Assembly (NCBI GenBank): GCA_035221665.1
Contig: CM069137.1
Coordinates: 79,050,001-79,114,000 of the forward strand
Length of the DNA: 64,000 bases
From: Okamejei kenojei
Taxonomy: Eukaryota
Direction of reading: 5' to 3'
Numbering within the stretch: the stretch's first letter is position 1; every line of letters starts with the position of its first letter. The notes under the pieces are model-generated. The model made no database searches. It had not been told where the DNA came from and worked only from the letters and a program-made list of their open reading frames with translations. Position numbers and translations under genes: made by a program. This document shows positions 1-11,513 of this stretch, one piece after another.

Positions 1-660
1 CATCTACCATTTATCTGTCCATTTTTGTAGCTGAATTATATCCTGCTACATAGGTTGACAGCCTTCCTCACAGTCCACAACTCCAGCAATCTTGGTGTCA
101 TCTGTAAACGCACTAACCAACCTGTCCATGTTTACGTCCAAGTCATTTATGACAAACCGTTGTCTCAGCACAAATCCCTGTGGAACTCCACTGGCCATGC
201 ACCTCCTATGCACCTCCACCTTCCACCACAACCCTGTCTTCCAACAGTAAGCCTTATCCAAATCAATATGACCAAGTAACTGATAATCCCGTGTACCCAA
301 ATCTTCTGGATCAGCCAACCACTGGGAACTTTATTCAACTTTATGATGTCTCATGCAGACAACATCCAGTGACCTACCTCTCATTCAGCATCTTCATCAG
401 CTCCTCAAAAAATGCGATCTAGTTAGTAAGACCTGACCTACCACGTAGGAAGCCATACTGACTGTCCCTAATTAACCCATCTCTTCCAAATGGGAGCAAA
501 TCCTATCCCAACGAATTCTCTCCAATAGCTTCCATACCATTGACATCAGGGTCATCAGCCTATAATTCCCTGGATTCCCTTTACTTCTCTTCTTAAATAA
601 AGGAACAACATTAGCTACTCTCCAGTCCTCCAGGATCCTGCCTGTGGCTTTATCCCAGGA
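1..660 (-). mobile_element. CR1 LINE RT fragment
   Basis: DWRVANVVPLFKK..KGNPGNYR; SGVPQG; INDLD; DDTKI. Confidence 0.9.
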
Positions 661-664
661 TCGA

Positions 665-935
665 ACAGTCAAACATTAGAGGGGTAGGTCTAAAGGTGAG
701 GAGAAAAGTTTAAAGATGTTACACGAAGAGTGGTGGATGCCTGGAACCTGCAGTCAGGGAAAGTGGTGGAAGCAGATACAATAGGAATGTTTAGGAGGCA
801 CTGAAATAGAAAGATAAACAGGCAGGGAATGGAGGGAATACAGACCACATGCTGGCAGATGGGATTAGTTTAGATTGGCACCATGGTTGGTATAGGGATG
901 GTGGGGCATAGGGCCTGTACATGTTCTATTATTCT
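665..935 (+). mobile_element. CR1 3'-end fragment
   Basis: gagtggtggatgcctggaac...gtggtggaagcag and a gggcctgt-type 3' UTR. Confidence 0.75.
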
Positions 936-1164
936 ATGGTAGCCCAAAGACTTGCTAGTCATGCACCACTGAAGTTCTGATGATGCAGGATCATCAGAGT
1001 GTTACTACACACCAAAACAGACTATGTCACGCTGTCCCACGCTGTAATGCATCTATCATGCTATCTCCCATATACCTGGCCCGACCATTGCTCCCAATGC
1101 CTCTCTGTGCCTTCCTCGCAAGGCACACTGCCACACAGCTTTGCATCATCAGGAAGACATATAC

Positions 1165-1420
1165 TCATGTTATAGGAGCAGTATTAGGCCATTCGGCTCA
1201 TTGAGTCCACACCATCATTCAATCATGGCTGATCTATCTTTCCCTCTCAACCCCATTCTCTTGCTTCTCCCCATAACCACGGATACTCTTACTAATCAAG
1301 AATCTGTCAATTTCCACCTTAAACATTTCCATTGACATGCTCTCCACAGCTGTCTGTGACAATAAATTCCATAGATTCACCACCCTCTGACTAAAGAAAA
1401 ATATCTCCTCGTCTCCTTTC
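1165..1420 (-). mobile_element. CR1 3'-end fragment
   Basis: FFSQRVVNLWN..SQTAVE ORF2 C-terminus and 3' UTR. Confidence 0.8.
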
Positions 1421-1705
1421 TCTGATGATGGGACACAACTGGCAACCAATCAAAGCCTCAACCTGTTGTGAGTGTTCAGACTCTGACTCTCTGCATCTCG
1501 CCTGAACCAGTGTGGAGTTAGGCAGCTGGATTTAAATGGGAGCCATGAGTTAATATAACCCAGGTCCCATTTCTGAATCTCCAGGCAAATTTCAAGCTCA
1601 CACACATACTATTTTCTCAAAAACTGTCTCTCCATTCTAGCTGGGCAAACCTTTATGACTGCAAAGGAATAGACAATAATTGGAATGGAGCTGAATAAGG
1701 AAACG

Positions 1706-2362
1706 CAAGAATCATAGAGTGATACAGTATGGAAACAGGCCTTTTGGTCCAACTTGCCCAAACCGACCAACATGCCTCATCTACACTAGTCACATCTGCC
1801 TGTGTTTGGCCCATATCCCTCTAAACCTGTCCTATCCATGTACCAGTCCAAATGTTTCTTAAATGTTACGATACTACCTGCCTCAACTACCTGCTCCAGC
1901 AGCTCATTCCATACACCCACCACCCTCTGTGTGAGAAAGATTCCTATTAAATCTTTCCCCCCCTCACCCTAAACCTATGTCCTCTGGTTCTCAATTCCCT
2001 TATTCTGCACAAGAGACTCTGTGCATCTAGCCAATCTATTCCTCTCATGATTTTGTACACCTCCTCGTTTGATCACCCCCTCATCCTCCTGTTCTCCAAG
2101 GAATAGAGTACTAACCTGCTCAAGCTCAATCTCTCCCTATAGCTCAGGCCCTTGAATTCTGGCAACATCCTTGTGAATCATTTCTGCACCGTTTTCATCT
2201 TGACAACATCTTTCCTACAACATGGTGCCCAGAATTGAACACAATATTCTAAATGCGGCCTCACCAACATTTTATATAACTGCAACATGATCTCCCAACT
2301 TCTATACTCAATACTCTGACTGATGAAAGTGCCAAAAGCATCTTTGACCACCCTATCTACCT
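1706..2362 (-). mobile_element. CR1 3'-end fragment
   Basis: 3' UTR aaacaggcccttt...; ORF2 C-terminal coding remnant. Confidence 0.85.
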
Positions 2363-2512
2363 GCGGTCACGCCAGATAAAAATGGTCAAGGAAGAAAACA
2401 GCAGTTGATTGGAAGAATGTGGGATGCATTAGAATGACTGTGCAGTTGGGATATCAAGGAAAGGCCGTAAAGATCAATCTTGCAAACGGAAAGCATAAAT
2501 GTAGCATTCATT

Positions 2513-2820
2513 AGGGTGGCATGGTAGCGCAGCGGTAGAATTACAGCGCCAGGGACCCGGGTTCTATCCTGACTATGGGTGCTGTTTGTGCGGAGTTTGT
2601 CCGTTTTCTCTGTGAACTGCGTGGGTTTTCGCCGGGATCTCTGGTTTCCTCCCACACTCGAAAGATTTACAGGATTGTAGGTTAATTGGCTTGGTATAAA
2701 TGTAAATTTCCCTAGTGTGTGTATGATAGTGTTAGTATGCGGGGATCGCTGGTCGGAGTGGACTCGGTGGGCTGGAGGACCTGTTTCCGCTCTGTATCTC
2801 TAAGCTCAACTAAACTAAAG
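2513..2820 (+). mobile_element. tRNA-derived V-SINE (HE1-like)
   Basis: A box tagcgcagcggtaga, B box gggttctatcc, central gagtttgt...gtttcctcccaca domain, CR1-derived tail ending (ctaaa)n. Confidence 0.85.
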
Positions 2821-3322
2821 TTCACTTGTTCTGAATGCCCAACTTTGAAAGCGAACACAAAGGTAGCACACCAAATTGTGGAAAGTATTGTTGACAGTAA
2901 ATTACACAACAGCATTTTCCATTCTGTGGGCAACTGCACGTCACACTATTTGGCACAGTCTTACAAACAAATAGCAAATATCATATCAACGTTATTACAG
3001 GCCTTCTCAGAAATGTACTTTAATATTTGCTTTCTACATTGACCTACTGAGTAACAAAGGAACACAAACGTCTTTCATATCCTGTCACTTCTGAGAACTG
3101 ATAACGATTCCATACGCAGAAATTCACAGAGCAAATTCCATTAAATGTGTAAGCATCAAATTATTCCTTGAGGTCTGACCACACGTCTGACTCAGGCCAT
3201 CAGAAAGCAGTCAGAAGATGTTGATCGCCCTGATTGGAAAAACAGTTGTTTTCAACTTTACTCTAAATAATAACTGATGCATTTTCCTAAAGTGTTACTA
3301 CCTAATCAGTGAATGGAGTTAC

Positions 3323-3631
3323 CATTCCATGGTGGTCCATGTTGAATCAGAGTGTCTGCTGCATTAGCATCATGGTCCCAGTTTGCGGAATCACAGCTGG
3401 TGGCATGGAGATGTCTTTGCTGAATAGGGTTGCTGGAAGCTGTTGAGAGCTGGCAAGCCTGGTTGACAAGTGACTTGGATGGAGAACTATGCCTTCCCAG
3501 GATCTCTTTGTCACATTCCATATTTATTTTATCATCTGTTGCCATTAGATTCTCAGTGCTGTCATCATTGTTCTGGTGTTGGTCATCATTCTCGTTTTGT
3601 TCTGTAGTCTCCCTTGTTTTTTCTTCTGTAT
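3323..3631 (-). CDS. PDE1A: Candidate PDE1A C-terminal exon (309 nt, phase 1-1): DTEEKTRETTEQNENDDQHQNNDDSTENL...HGPPWN(G); alternatively reads through to TGA at 3306
   Basis: Strong acceptor (poly-T tract then gctag); open frame compatible with the phase-1 end of the 15553 exon; possible donor gtaact; non-repetitive acidic low-complexity sequence. No homology I can recognise. Confidence 0.6.
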
Positions 3632-3705
3632 CTAGCAAAAAAAAAATTTAAGGAAAGAAAAAGAGAATATCTATGATGACGATTAAGAAAATAAACATTG
3701 ATCTT

Positions 3706-3945
3706 TAGTTTAATTTAGTTTAGAGATATAGCGTGGAAACAGGTCATTTTGCCCATCGAGTCCACACAGACCAGCAGTCATCTGGTACAATAGCTCTAAT
3801 CTACACACTAGGGATAATTTCCAGGAAGCAATTAACCCTCAAACCTGCACGTCTTTGGAGTGTGAGAGAAACTGGAGCGGTCACAGGGTGAACGTATAAA
3901 CTCCACACAGACAGCACCCAAAGTCAGGATTGAACCTGGATCTTG
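3706..3945 (-). mobile_element. HE1-like SINE
   Basis: (tttag)n tail and central domain in reverse orientation. Confidence 0.8.
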
Positions 3946-4114
3946 AGCATTCACTGCATATAGCCCCACTCATTCTTCTGGGCCTACTTGTGTCTATCCA
4001 CAGGAACTACAGTGGGCCTAAACATATTACCTCTTTTTTTATTTTAATTACTATAAAACAACATTTGGAATGCTCCTCCTGGCCCAACTTTCTCGGTGAG
4101 AAATGTTGTTTTTC

Positions 4115-5519
4115 AGTTTAGTTTATTGTCGTGTGTATAAAATACAGTGAAAACCTTTTTGTTTTTTGTTGTGTGCTGATCAGTCAGCAAAAAGACAATA
4201 CATGATTCCGATCAATCCATTTCCAGTGTATAGATACATGATGAGGGAACAGCGTTTAGTGCAAGGTAAAACCAGCAAAGTCCAATCAAGGATAGTCTGA
4301 GGGTCATCAAAGAGGTAGATAGTAGTTCAGCACTGCTCTCTGGTTGTGGTAGGATGATTCAGTTGCCTGATAATAGCTGGGAAGAAACTGTCCCTGAATC
4401 TGATGGTTAGCGTTTCCACACTTCTATACATTTTGCCTGATGGGAGAGGGAAGCAGAGTTGCCAGGGTGCGACTCATCCTTGATTATGCTGCTGACCTTG
4501 CCGAGGCAGCGTGAGGTAGAAATGGAGTCAATAGAAGGGAGGTTGGTTTGTGCGGCGGTCTGCGCTGCATCCACAATTCACTGCAATTTCTTGCAGTCTT
4601 GGATAGGGCTGCTCCCAAACCAAGCTGTGATGCATCCTGATAAAATGCTTTCTATGATGCATCTGTAGACATTGGCGAGAGTTGTAGGGGAAATGCCAAA
4701 CTTCCTAATGGGCCTGCCCCACTTTAGGCGAATTTTCTGGCGACTGCCGGCGACTGCCAAGTTGCCAGCGGTCACCTGAAAAACCAGCAACTGGAACGGC
4801 GACTGTTAGAGTGGAACACACACACACACACACATCGCTTCATTCACCAGCCCGTAATGCAGGCTGGGGACAGGGCAAGCAGGGGGAGTGCTGTCTGAGT
4901 GAATTTGCACGGTGATACCGCTATGAACAGGAAGGTTGGCGCTGTAATTAAGACGGGTAAAGCACAGTGTACGATAAGCCCTTCAAAAGAGGGAGGGAGA
5001 GGGTGGGGGGGAGAGGGAGCAGAAGGAGGGAGAAGGGGGGAGAAGGGGGGAGAAGGAGTGGAGACAACTTTTAAGAAGCCAGAGATGCACGGCTGTGAAG
5101 CTCGGCGGACATTTCACATTACCGGTCGGTTATCCTTGGTCTGAAAGCTACTGCTCACGTTTTTTTCCCCAATGAGCCAATGAAATTCACCGGTCAGCAC
5201 TGGCTACAACCTACGAGAACCTTCGACCTCCTGGCGACCCTCTAGGACCTCCTGGCGACACCACCTACGGCACGAGAATTCTCGCTGCTCTCCATGGCGC
5301 CTTCATTCTAGTCGCCGCTAATTTTTCAACATGTTGAGAAATTCACGGTGACCATAATAAGACCGCGACTAGTTCCCAGAATGCGGGACCATGAAGGCGA
5401 TTCCCAGGCAACCACCCGCGAACATATGGCGACCATGTGGCAACTGAATAGTCTCCTGCAGTCGCCTAAAAAGTTGCCTAAGTGGGACAGGCCCATTGGC
5501 CTTCTAAGGAAGTAGAGGA
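4115..5519 (-). mobile_element. L2/Rex-Babar-type LINE 3' fragment, split by a MITE
   Basis: RKFGISPTTLANVYRCIIESILSGCITAWFG; the LINE sequence resumes at 5498-5519 after the insertion. Confidence 0.75.
4709..5495. mobile_element. Non-autonomous DNA transposon (MITE), probably PIF/Harbinger
   Basis: ~45-bp imperfect TIRs (tgggcctgccccactttaggcg... and ...cctaagtgggacaggccca); flanks taa/ttg resemble a TWA-type TSD; no ORF. Superfamily is an inference. Confidence 0.75.
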
Positions 5520-5933
5520 TCAAGTATGCTTATTGTTACACATCTCCTGTTTGTCTCCTAGCCCAGAGTATCTACAAACTAACCCCCAAATGCAGAGCTC
5601 CATTGGGATGTCTATTGGCACCCTACACCATGCCATGAGTATCCAGATAATGCCACGCACTCTCTTGTGCATCTCCTGTTCTGGGTGAAAATTTCAAGCC
5701 TTTGGCCGATGACCAAATTTTTAGCCCTCAAACTTTTCTGCGTGTGTGTTTTTTTGCATAAAAAATAGTTACCCAGCTCCCTATTGGAAAACTGGGAATG
5801 TGTTTCAATTCACAAAAGCTTTTGCCTGTTTATGTTTTGGAAACATAGCGTTTATCCACTCAATGAATGTCAGTGGTAGGGAAACAGGCATTTGTCAATC
5901 TCATGGATCAAGTGTCAACAGCAAATACGTATA

Positions 5934-6430
5934 GAATCACAGAGTCGCAGTCATACAGTGCGGAAAAAGGCCCTTCAGCCCAACTTGCCCACACCGACGA
6001 ACATGTCCCATCGACACCAGTTCCACCTACCTCCATTTGGCCTATATCCCTCTAAACCTGTCATATCCATGTACCTGTCCAAATGTTTCTTAAACATTGT
6101 GATATTACCTGCCTCAACTACCTCTTCCGGTGGCTCGTTCCATACACCCGCCACCCTCTGTGTTAAAAAGTTACTCCTCACGTTCCTATTAAATATTCTC
6201 CCCCCCCACTTTAAACCTATGTCCTCTGGTTCATGATTCTCCTATTCTGGGCAATAGACTCTGTGTGCCACTTGATCCATTCCTTTTATGATTTTGTACA
6301 CCTCTATTAGATCACCTACACGGTTACAGGGAGAACATGCAAATGCCACATAGACAGCATCTGAGGTCAGGATTGAACCCGGAACTCTAGTGCTGTGAGG
6401 CAGCAGCTCTATCAACTGTGCCACTGAGTT
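5934..6430 (-). mobile_element. CR1 3' end joined to an HE1 SINE 5' fragment
   Basis: RSNFLTQRVAGVWNE..EEVVEAG; SINE head at 6320-6430. Confidence 0.8.
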
Positions 6431-6767
6431 GCTCTAATTGAATGGCACCTTGGTGGTGATCCTGTACTATGTGGATGCAGAATGTCCCTTTCACCCTATG
6501 TCCCTACCTACCATTTTGAGCCAAGCAGAGGCACAGATGTGGCACTGGCTGTGGCAAAGCAATAAAAGAGCGTTGTCTGACACTCGAGCGAGAAAGCGAG
6601 CCAAGTATAATTTTACTGCGGAGTCATGTGAGTGACTTCGTGAAGACCCCGCCAGCACGCATGCGCGGCATATCGTCGCGCGCATTCGGCAGGCTGAGGG
6701 GGGACTGCGCTCTCTCCTCCGGCTCCTTCATAAGGCCGGTAGGTAAGTATTGCTTTTACTCCACAGG

Positions 6768-8563
6768 ATGGACAAAGGCAAGAAGAAGGCATCGCTGTCG
6801 AGGAGCCGAGCCTCGACCAGCCAAAGGCCCTTGTCCCCGGAGCTGCAAGCAACACTGGCAGCTTTGAGGCATGTGGGGGCTGGATTGCGGAAGTCGGGCG
6901 CTCCCGCTGATTCAGGGGCCGACTCACCCGAGTGGTTTATCGTGCCGGAGCTGGATATGGATCCAGACTTCGTGCCCCCTTCCCCCAAGAAAAGAGGGGG
7001 AAAACAGGTACGTGGCAAGGGGTCTCGCTTTCCACAAGCAACCCCTCCCCGAGCTCCAGAAGACCCGAGGGGGCTGGGCCGGGGGACAGCTGCACGACAG
7101 GGGAGCCCTGCAAATGTGCAAAACGTACCACAGCCAGGGAATCTGCCGTAGTGCAGTCTGGCAACATCACTGCTGCGTCGAGTAGGCCTGCTGGAGCAGA
7201 TACCGCCGACAACACACACCGTCAGGCTGCGGTCAAGGGCGGAGGTGGCAGCAGGAAGCGGTCGGTCAGCTCAGCTCTGGGTGCGGCAGACCATGCGCCT
7301 CCACGCCAAAAGATGGGCAAGTGTGGAGGTAAGCCTGCACGGACTCCGGGGAGCCAGGTTTCGGGGACCGGCGCCGATTCAACTCACCTGCCTTCATATC
7401 AGACAGGTGGGCCGCCACAGTCTGGGAGAAGACAGACTAGCGGAGAGTCCGTGCGGGAGTCGTATGATCCTACTTGGGCTGTAGGTCACGACGACCTGCC
7501 ATTGGACCCTAAACAGCACCCTAAGGGGGTGTGGTCCGATGGTGGAAGCCCCAGTGATTTTGCAGGGCCTGGGGAAGTCGGCTTGTCCGCTGCAGATAGC
7601 AGGGACGGTTGCATTGAGCGGTTGGAGCTCTTAGTGGAGCAACTCCTCCAGCGGGACCGGGAACGAGAAGAGCGGGACTCGCGGGCATCCACTAGCCGTG
7701 CAAGGACACCACTCAGCACCTCATCGTCTCCAGCCAGAAGCATGAGTGATTGCCCAGCTGCTGCGTTTGAAGACGACCCGGGACAGCCAATGACCGCTGA
7801 GCCAGAGCATGAGGAGGATATGCTGGAAGTGGTGAGTAAGTTTGCCGCTACCACCCAGACAGGTGAACCTCTGCACCACAAATTGGCGGGCACCATTGAT
7901 TACCTGACTACGCACCAACATCAGAGTCAGGTTCTCAATGATACCTTGGAGAAAATAAAACCGCCCGAGAACTGCATCAACCTCAGTGTGCCCTTGGTTA
8001 ATGCCCAGATCTGGGGACACTTGAGTACGGCCACAAGGATGCAGGATGTCCGCCTCCAGCGTATCTTAAAAGTTCTCTCCACAGGCATAACGGCGTTTGC
8101 TAGGACCCTGGACGGGGATAATGTGTCCAGTGAACAGCAAGATGCACTGGCACTCCTATGCAACGCCCAATATGAAATAAACTGCCTGCGTAAGAGCTCC
8201 ATAAAGCCCACACTCAAGCCCAAATTCGCGGGGTTGTGTCGACCATCAACCGCTCCACCGCCGCATCAGTTATGCGGAGACCTGTCCAAACAGGTGAAGG
8301 AGTTGGACAAGGAGGCCAAAACAGCGGGCCTCATGAAACCTCCGTCAACCAGAATTCACCCATATCACCGGCAACAGCCTAATACAACTTGGAAACCACG
8401 GCTGCCGGATAGGGCACAAAGACCCTACCTACCTCCATCGCATCAAACACAACGACCTTTATTAGGGCAAGGCCAACAGCGGCCTGCATGGAAAATGCAG
8501 CCGCCGCCCCGTCAACCTCCACAACCTCAACCCAAAACACCGTACGTACGGAACCGCCGTTAA
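6768..8563 (+). pseudogene. DIRS ORF1 (gag-like), probably with one frameshift near 7100-7150
   Basis: ATG at 6768 (MDKGKKK...) frame stops at 7151; the overlapping frame runs to 8563 with typical DIRS ORF1 content (PENC..L.VPLVN..IW, D.RLQ, P/Q-rich tail). Confidence 0.75.
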
Positions 8564-8565
8564 CC

Positions 8566-10491
8566 ATGGAGGTAAGGGGGTCTGGTTCTTCTCACGCCGT
8601 AGCATCTTCTCCCGCACGAATAGGTGGGCGATTACGGGCTTTCTTGGACATATGGAAAACTGTCACCACAGATGAGTTTATTTTACAAAGTGTTCAAGGA
8701 TATGTTATAGAATTTATTGGAGGTATAAATCCCCCTACTCAACATTCGCCTCATAGGAAGTTTTCTCTATCCCAAAAAGAGGTAGAGGCAGGCCATGCTG
8801 AAATTATACGGCTAGCAGAAAAAGGGGTAATTGGCAAAACCGAGCATGAACCTGTTGAGTTTGTGTCTAATATTTTCACCAGAATTAAAAAAGATGGGGG
8901 ATGTCGGATTATAATAGACTTAACTGAGTTGAACACTTTTGTACAATATACCCATTTCAAAATGGATACTTTAGAAACAGCTAGGCAGATGCTTTACCCA
9001 GGGTACTTTATGGCATGCATCGATTTGAAAGATGCATACTATACGGTGCCCATTGCTGAGGCTCACAGGAAATTTCTGAAGTTTGTCTGGAAGGGTCAAT
9101 TATGGGAGTACAAGGCATTACCCAATGGAATCACCACAGCCCCTAGGCTGTTTACCAAATTGGTAAAACCTATATTGGCTCTTCTCCGCTGACAAAATTA
9201 TATGGTAATGGCATATTTGGATGATATTCTTATAGTAGGGCAGACCCTCCAATTGGCAATTCAAGGAGTGGCTGCAACCAAGGCTCTGTTCGAGAAGTTG
9301 GGGTTTGTAATCCATCCAGACAAATCAAAATTGCACACGGTACGGGTTATGGATTATTTGGGGTTCACTCTAGACACCAAATTAATGAAGATTACCATCC
9401 CAACTAATAAAGCTCCTGCTATAATAGAAGAGTGCCACAATCTTGCTTGCGCCAGGGTACCAACTATTCGGCAAACAGCAAAAGTTATAGGCAAATTGGT
9501 AGCTACATTCCCAGCTGCACAATTCGGACTTCTACACTACCGAAATTTACAAAGATCAAAAATCATCGCATTAAAAACAAATGCTGGGCACTTTGATCGG
9601 CCAATTCGGTTACCACCGGAAGCTAGAAACGAGCTACAATGGTGGGTTGACAATATTAGAGAGTGTCATAGACCCATCATAGTAAGCAACCCAGATGTTG
9701 TGCTACAAACTGACGCAAGTGCACAAGGCTGGGGAGCCACTGATACGATGTCCAGTTGTGGTGGCAGATGGAACTCTCATGAGTCTACCTTCTTGGAGTC
9801 ACATGGGAATAAATTATATAGAAATGCTGGGGGCATTTCATGGATTGCGGGCTTACTGTACTAATTCACGGGATTTACATGTCCACCTTCAAATAGATAA
9901 TACTACAGTGGTGGCTTACATCAATCATATGGGTGGTATCAGGTCGCTATCTTGTGATGAATTGGCTAATACAATTTGGCACTGGTGCATTGAAAGAAAT
10001 ATTTGGATTACTGCGACCTATTTGCCTGGGAAGCTTAATACAGTTCCAGGTCACGAGTTTTCAATGACAACATCGAGTGGATGTTGAACCCCCAAATTTT
10101 TGGAGATATTATAGCTCATTTTGGGACACCAGATATTGACCTATTTGCGTCCAGGCTGAACCATCAGATGCCAACGTATGTGTCATGGGAACCAGACCCT
10201 GGGGCATTAGCAATGGATGCATTTTCTATCCATTGGGGGAAATGGTTTTGCTACGCTTTTCCCCCATTTTGCCTCATCAGTCGGGTATTGCAGAAAATTA
10301 AACTGGACTCTGCAACTGGCATATTGATCATTCCCGACTGGCCTACACAGCCATGGCACCCGATGGTCATTAAAATTTTAAAACAACCATGGATGGCGAT
10401 TGGGAAACACCCCAAATTGATTACTCACCCCATTACGGGGGTTAGTCATCCTTGCCATGGTCATTTAAACTTGTTGGCCTGCAGGTTTTGA
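8566..10491 (+). pseudogene. DIRS ORF2: reverse transcriptase, RNase H and DNA adenine methyltransferase-like domain
   Basis: RT motifs IDLKDAY, LPNG...AP, YLDD; RNase H TDAS..GWG, DNTTVVAYIN; MT-like DLFASRLN, YAFPPF. Broken by TGA at 9190 and frameshifts near 9810 and 10045. Confidence 0.9.
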
Positions 10492-11513
10492 AAAGACCAC
10501 TCATCCGGGCATCTTCACGAGCCATAGACCTTATCGCCGCATCATGCTGAGAGTCAACTCGGAAACAGTACCTCACCCAGATCAGAAAGTGGGAGGCATT
10601 CTGTGCCCGGACCAACAAGTCTTCAAACTCAGCAACAATACCAGATGTCCTGGAGTTTCTAGCGGGCCTCCATTTCGATGCTGGCCTCAGCTACAGTGCC
10701 ATTAACAGCGCCAGGAGTGCGCTGCCCTCATACCTGGATATAGGTATCAGCTCCAACCACCTGGTGTCTAAACTAATGAGGGGAGTGTTCAACACCAACC
10801 CTCCACGACCCAGATATACAGTAACCATATAACCATATAACCATATAACAATTACAGTACGGAAACAGGCCCTCTCGGCCCTTCCAGTCCGTGGACCATT
10901 TATTTCCCCTAGATCGTGCTGACCCTACTTAGGAGCTGGGCTCCAATGGATGAGCTACCACTGAAACAGCTCACCCTCAAGGTGGTGATGCTGATGGCAC
11001 TGACTACAGCCCAACGAGTCCAGACGTTACAAAAACTGCGATTGGACAGCATGGTGGCCACCCCTGGTCAAATAAATTTCTTTGTCAAAGAATTATTAAA
11101 ACAGCACAGGCCAGGGGCGCATGGGCTGCAGTTGGAATTTCGGGCGTACCCTGTAGATGCCACTCTCTGCATAGTCACCCATCTCCACCACTACATCCGA
11201 GTTACTGAGTATCAGGATGAAGGAACAGGGGCTCCTCATCAGTCATAAACCTCCGCATCATCGGGTGACTACACAGACTATCGCCAGGTGGCTCAGGGTG
11301 GTGCTGGATGCAGCAGGAGTTGCTACTGACATCTTTAAGTCTCATTCCACCAGGGCTGCATCCACATCAGCGGCGAGGGCCATGGAGGTGCCCATGGACC
11401 ACATTCTTGCCACGGCGGGTTGGGCCAGTGAAGAAACCTTTCAATGGTTCTATAACAAGCCACTGGTCGCCCCTGCGACATTCGCAGAAGCTATCCTGGG
11501 AACCGCTCAGTGA
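10485..11513 (+). pseudogene. DIRS tyrosine recombinase
   Basis: STRKQY...W..FC, AQRVQTL, HSTRAAS, AGW.SE.TF..FY motifs. Broken by TGA at 10548, a CR1-tail insertion and a frameshift near 11215. Confidence 0.88.
10822..10912 (-). mobile_element. Very short CR1 3'-end insertion with (AACCATAT)n tail, inside the DIRS YR gene
   Basis: Matches the 3' end of the CR1 at 49180-49255 and the copy at 46053-46220. Confidence 0.8.

Noticed and set aside
2513-2575. tRNA gene candidates (A and B boxes), also at other SINE heads
   Set aside because: These are tRNA-derived SINE heads with no complete cloverleaf.
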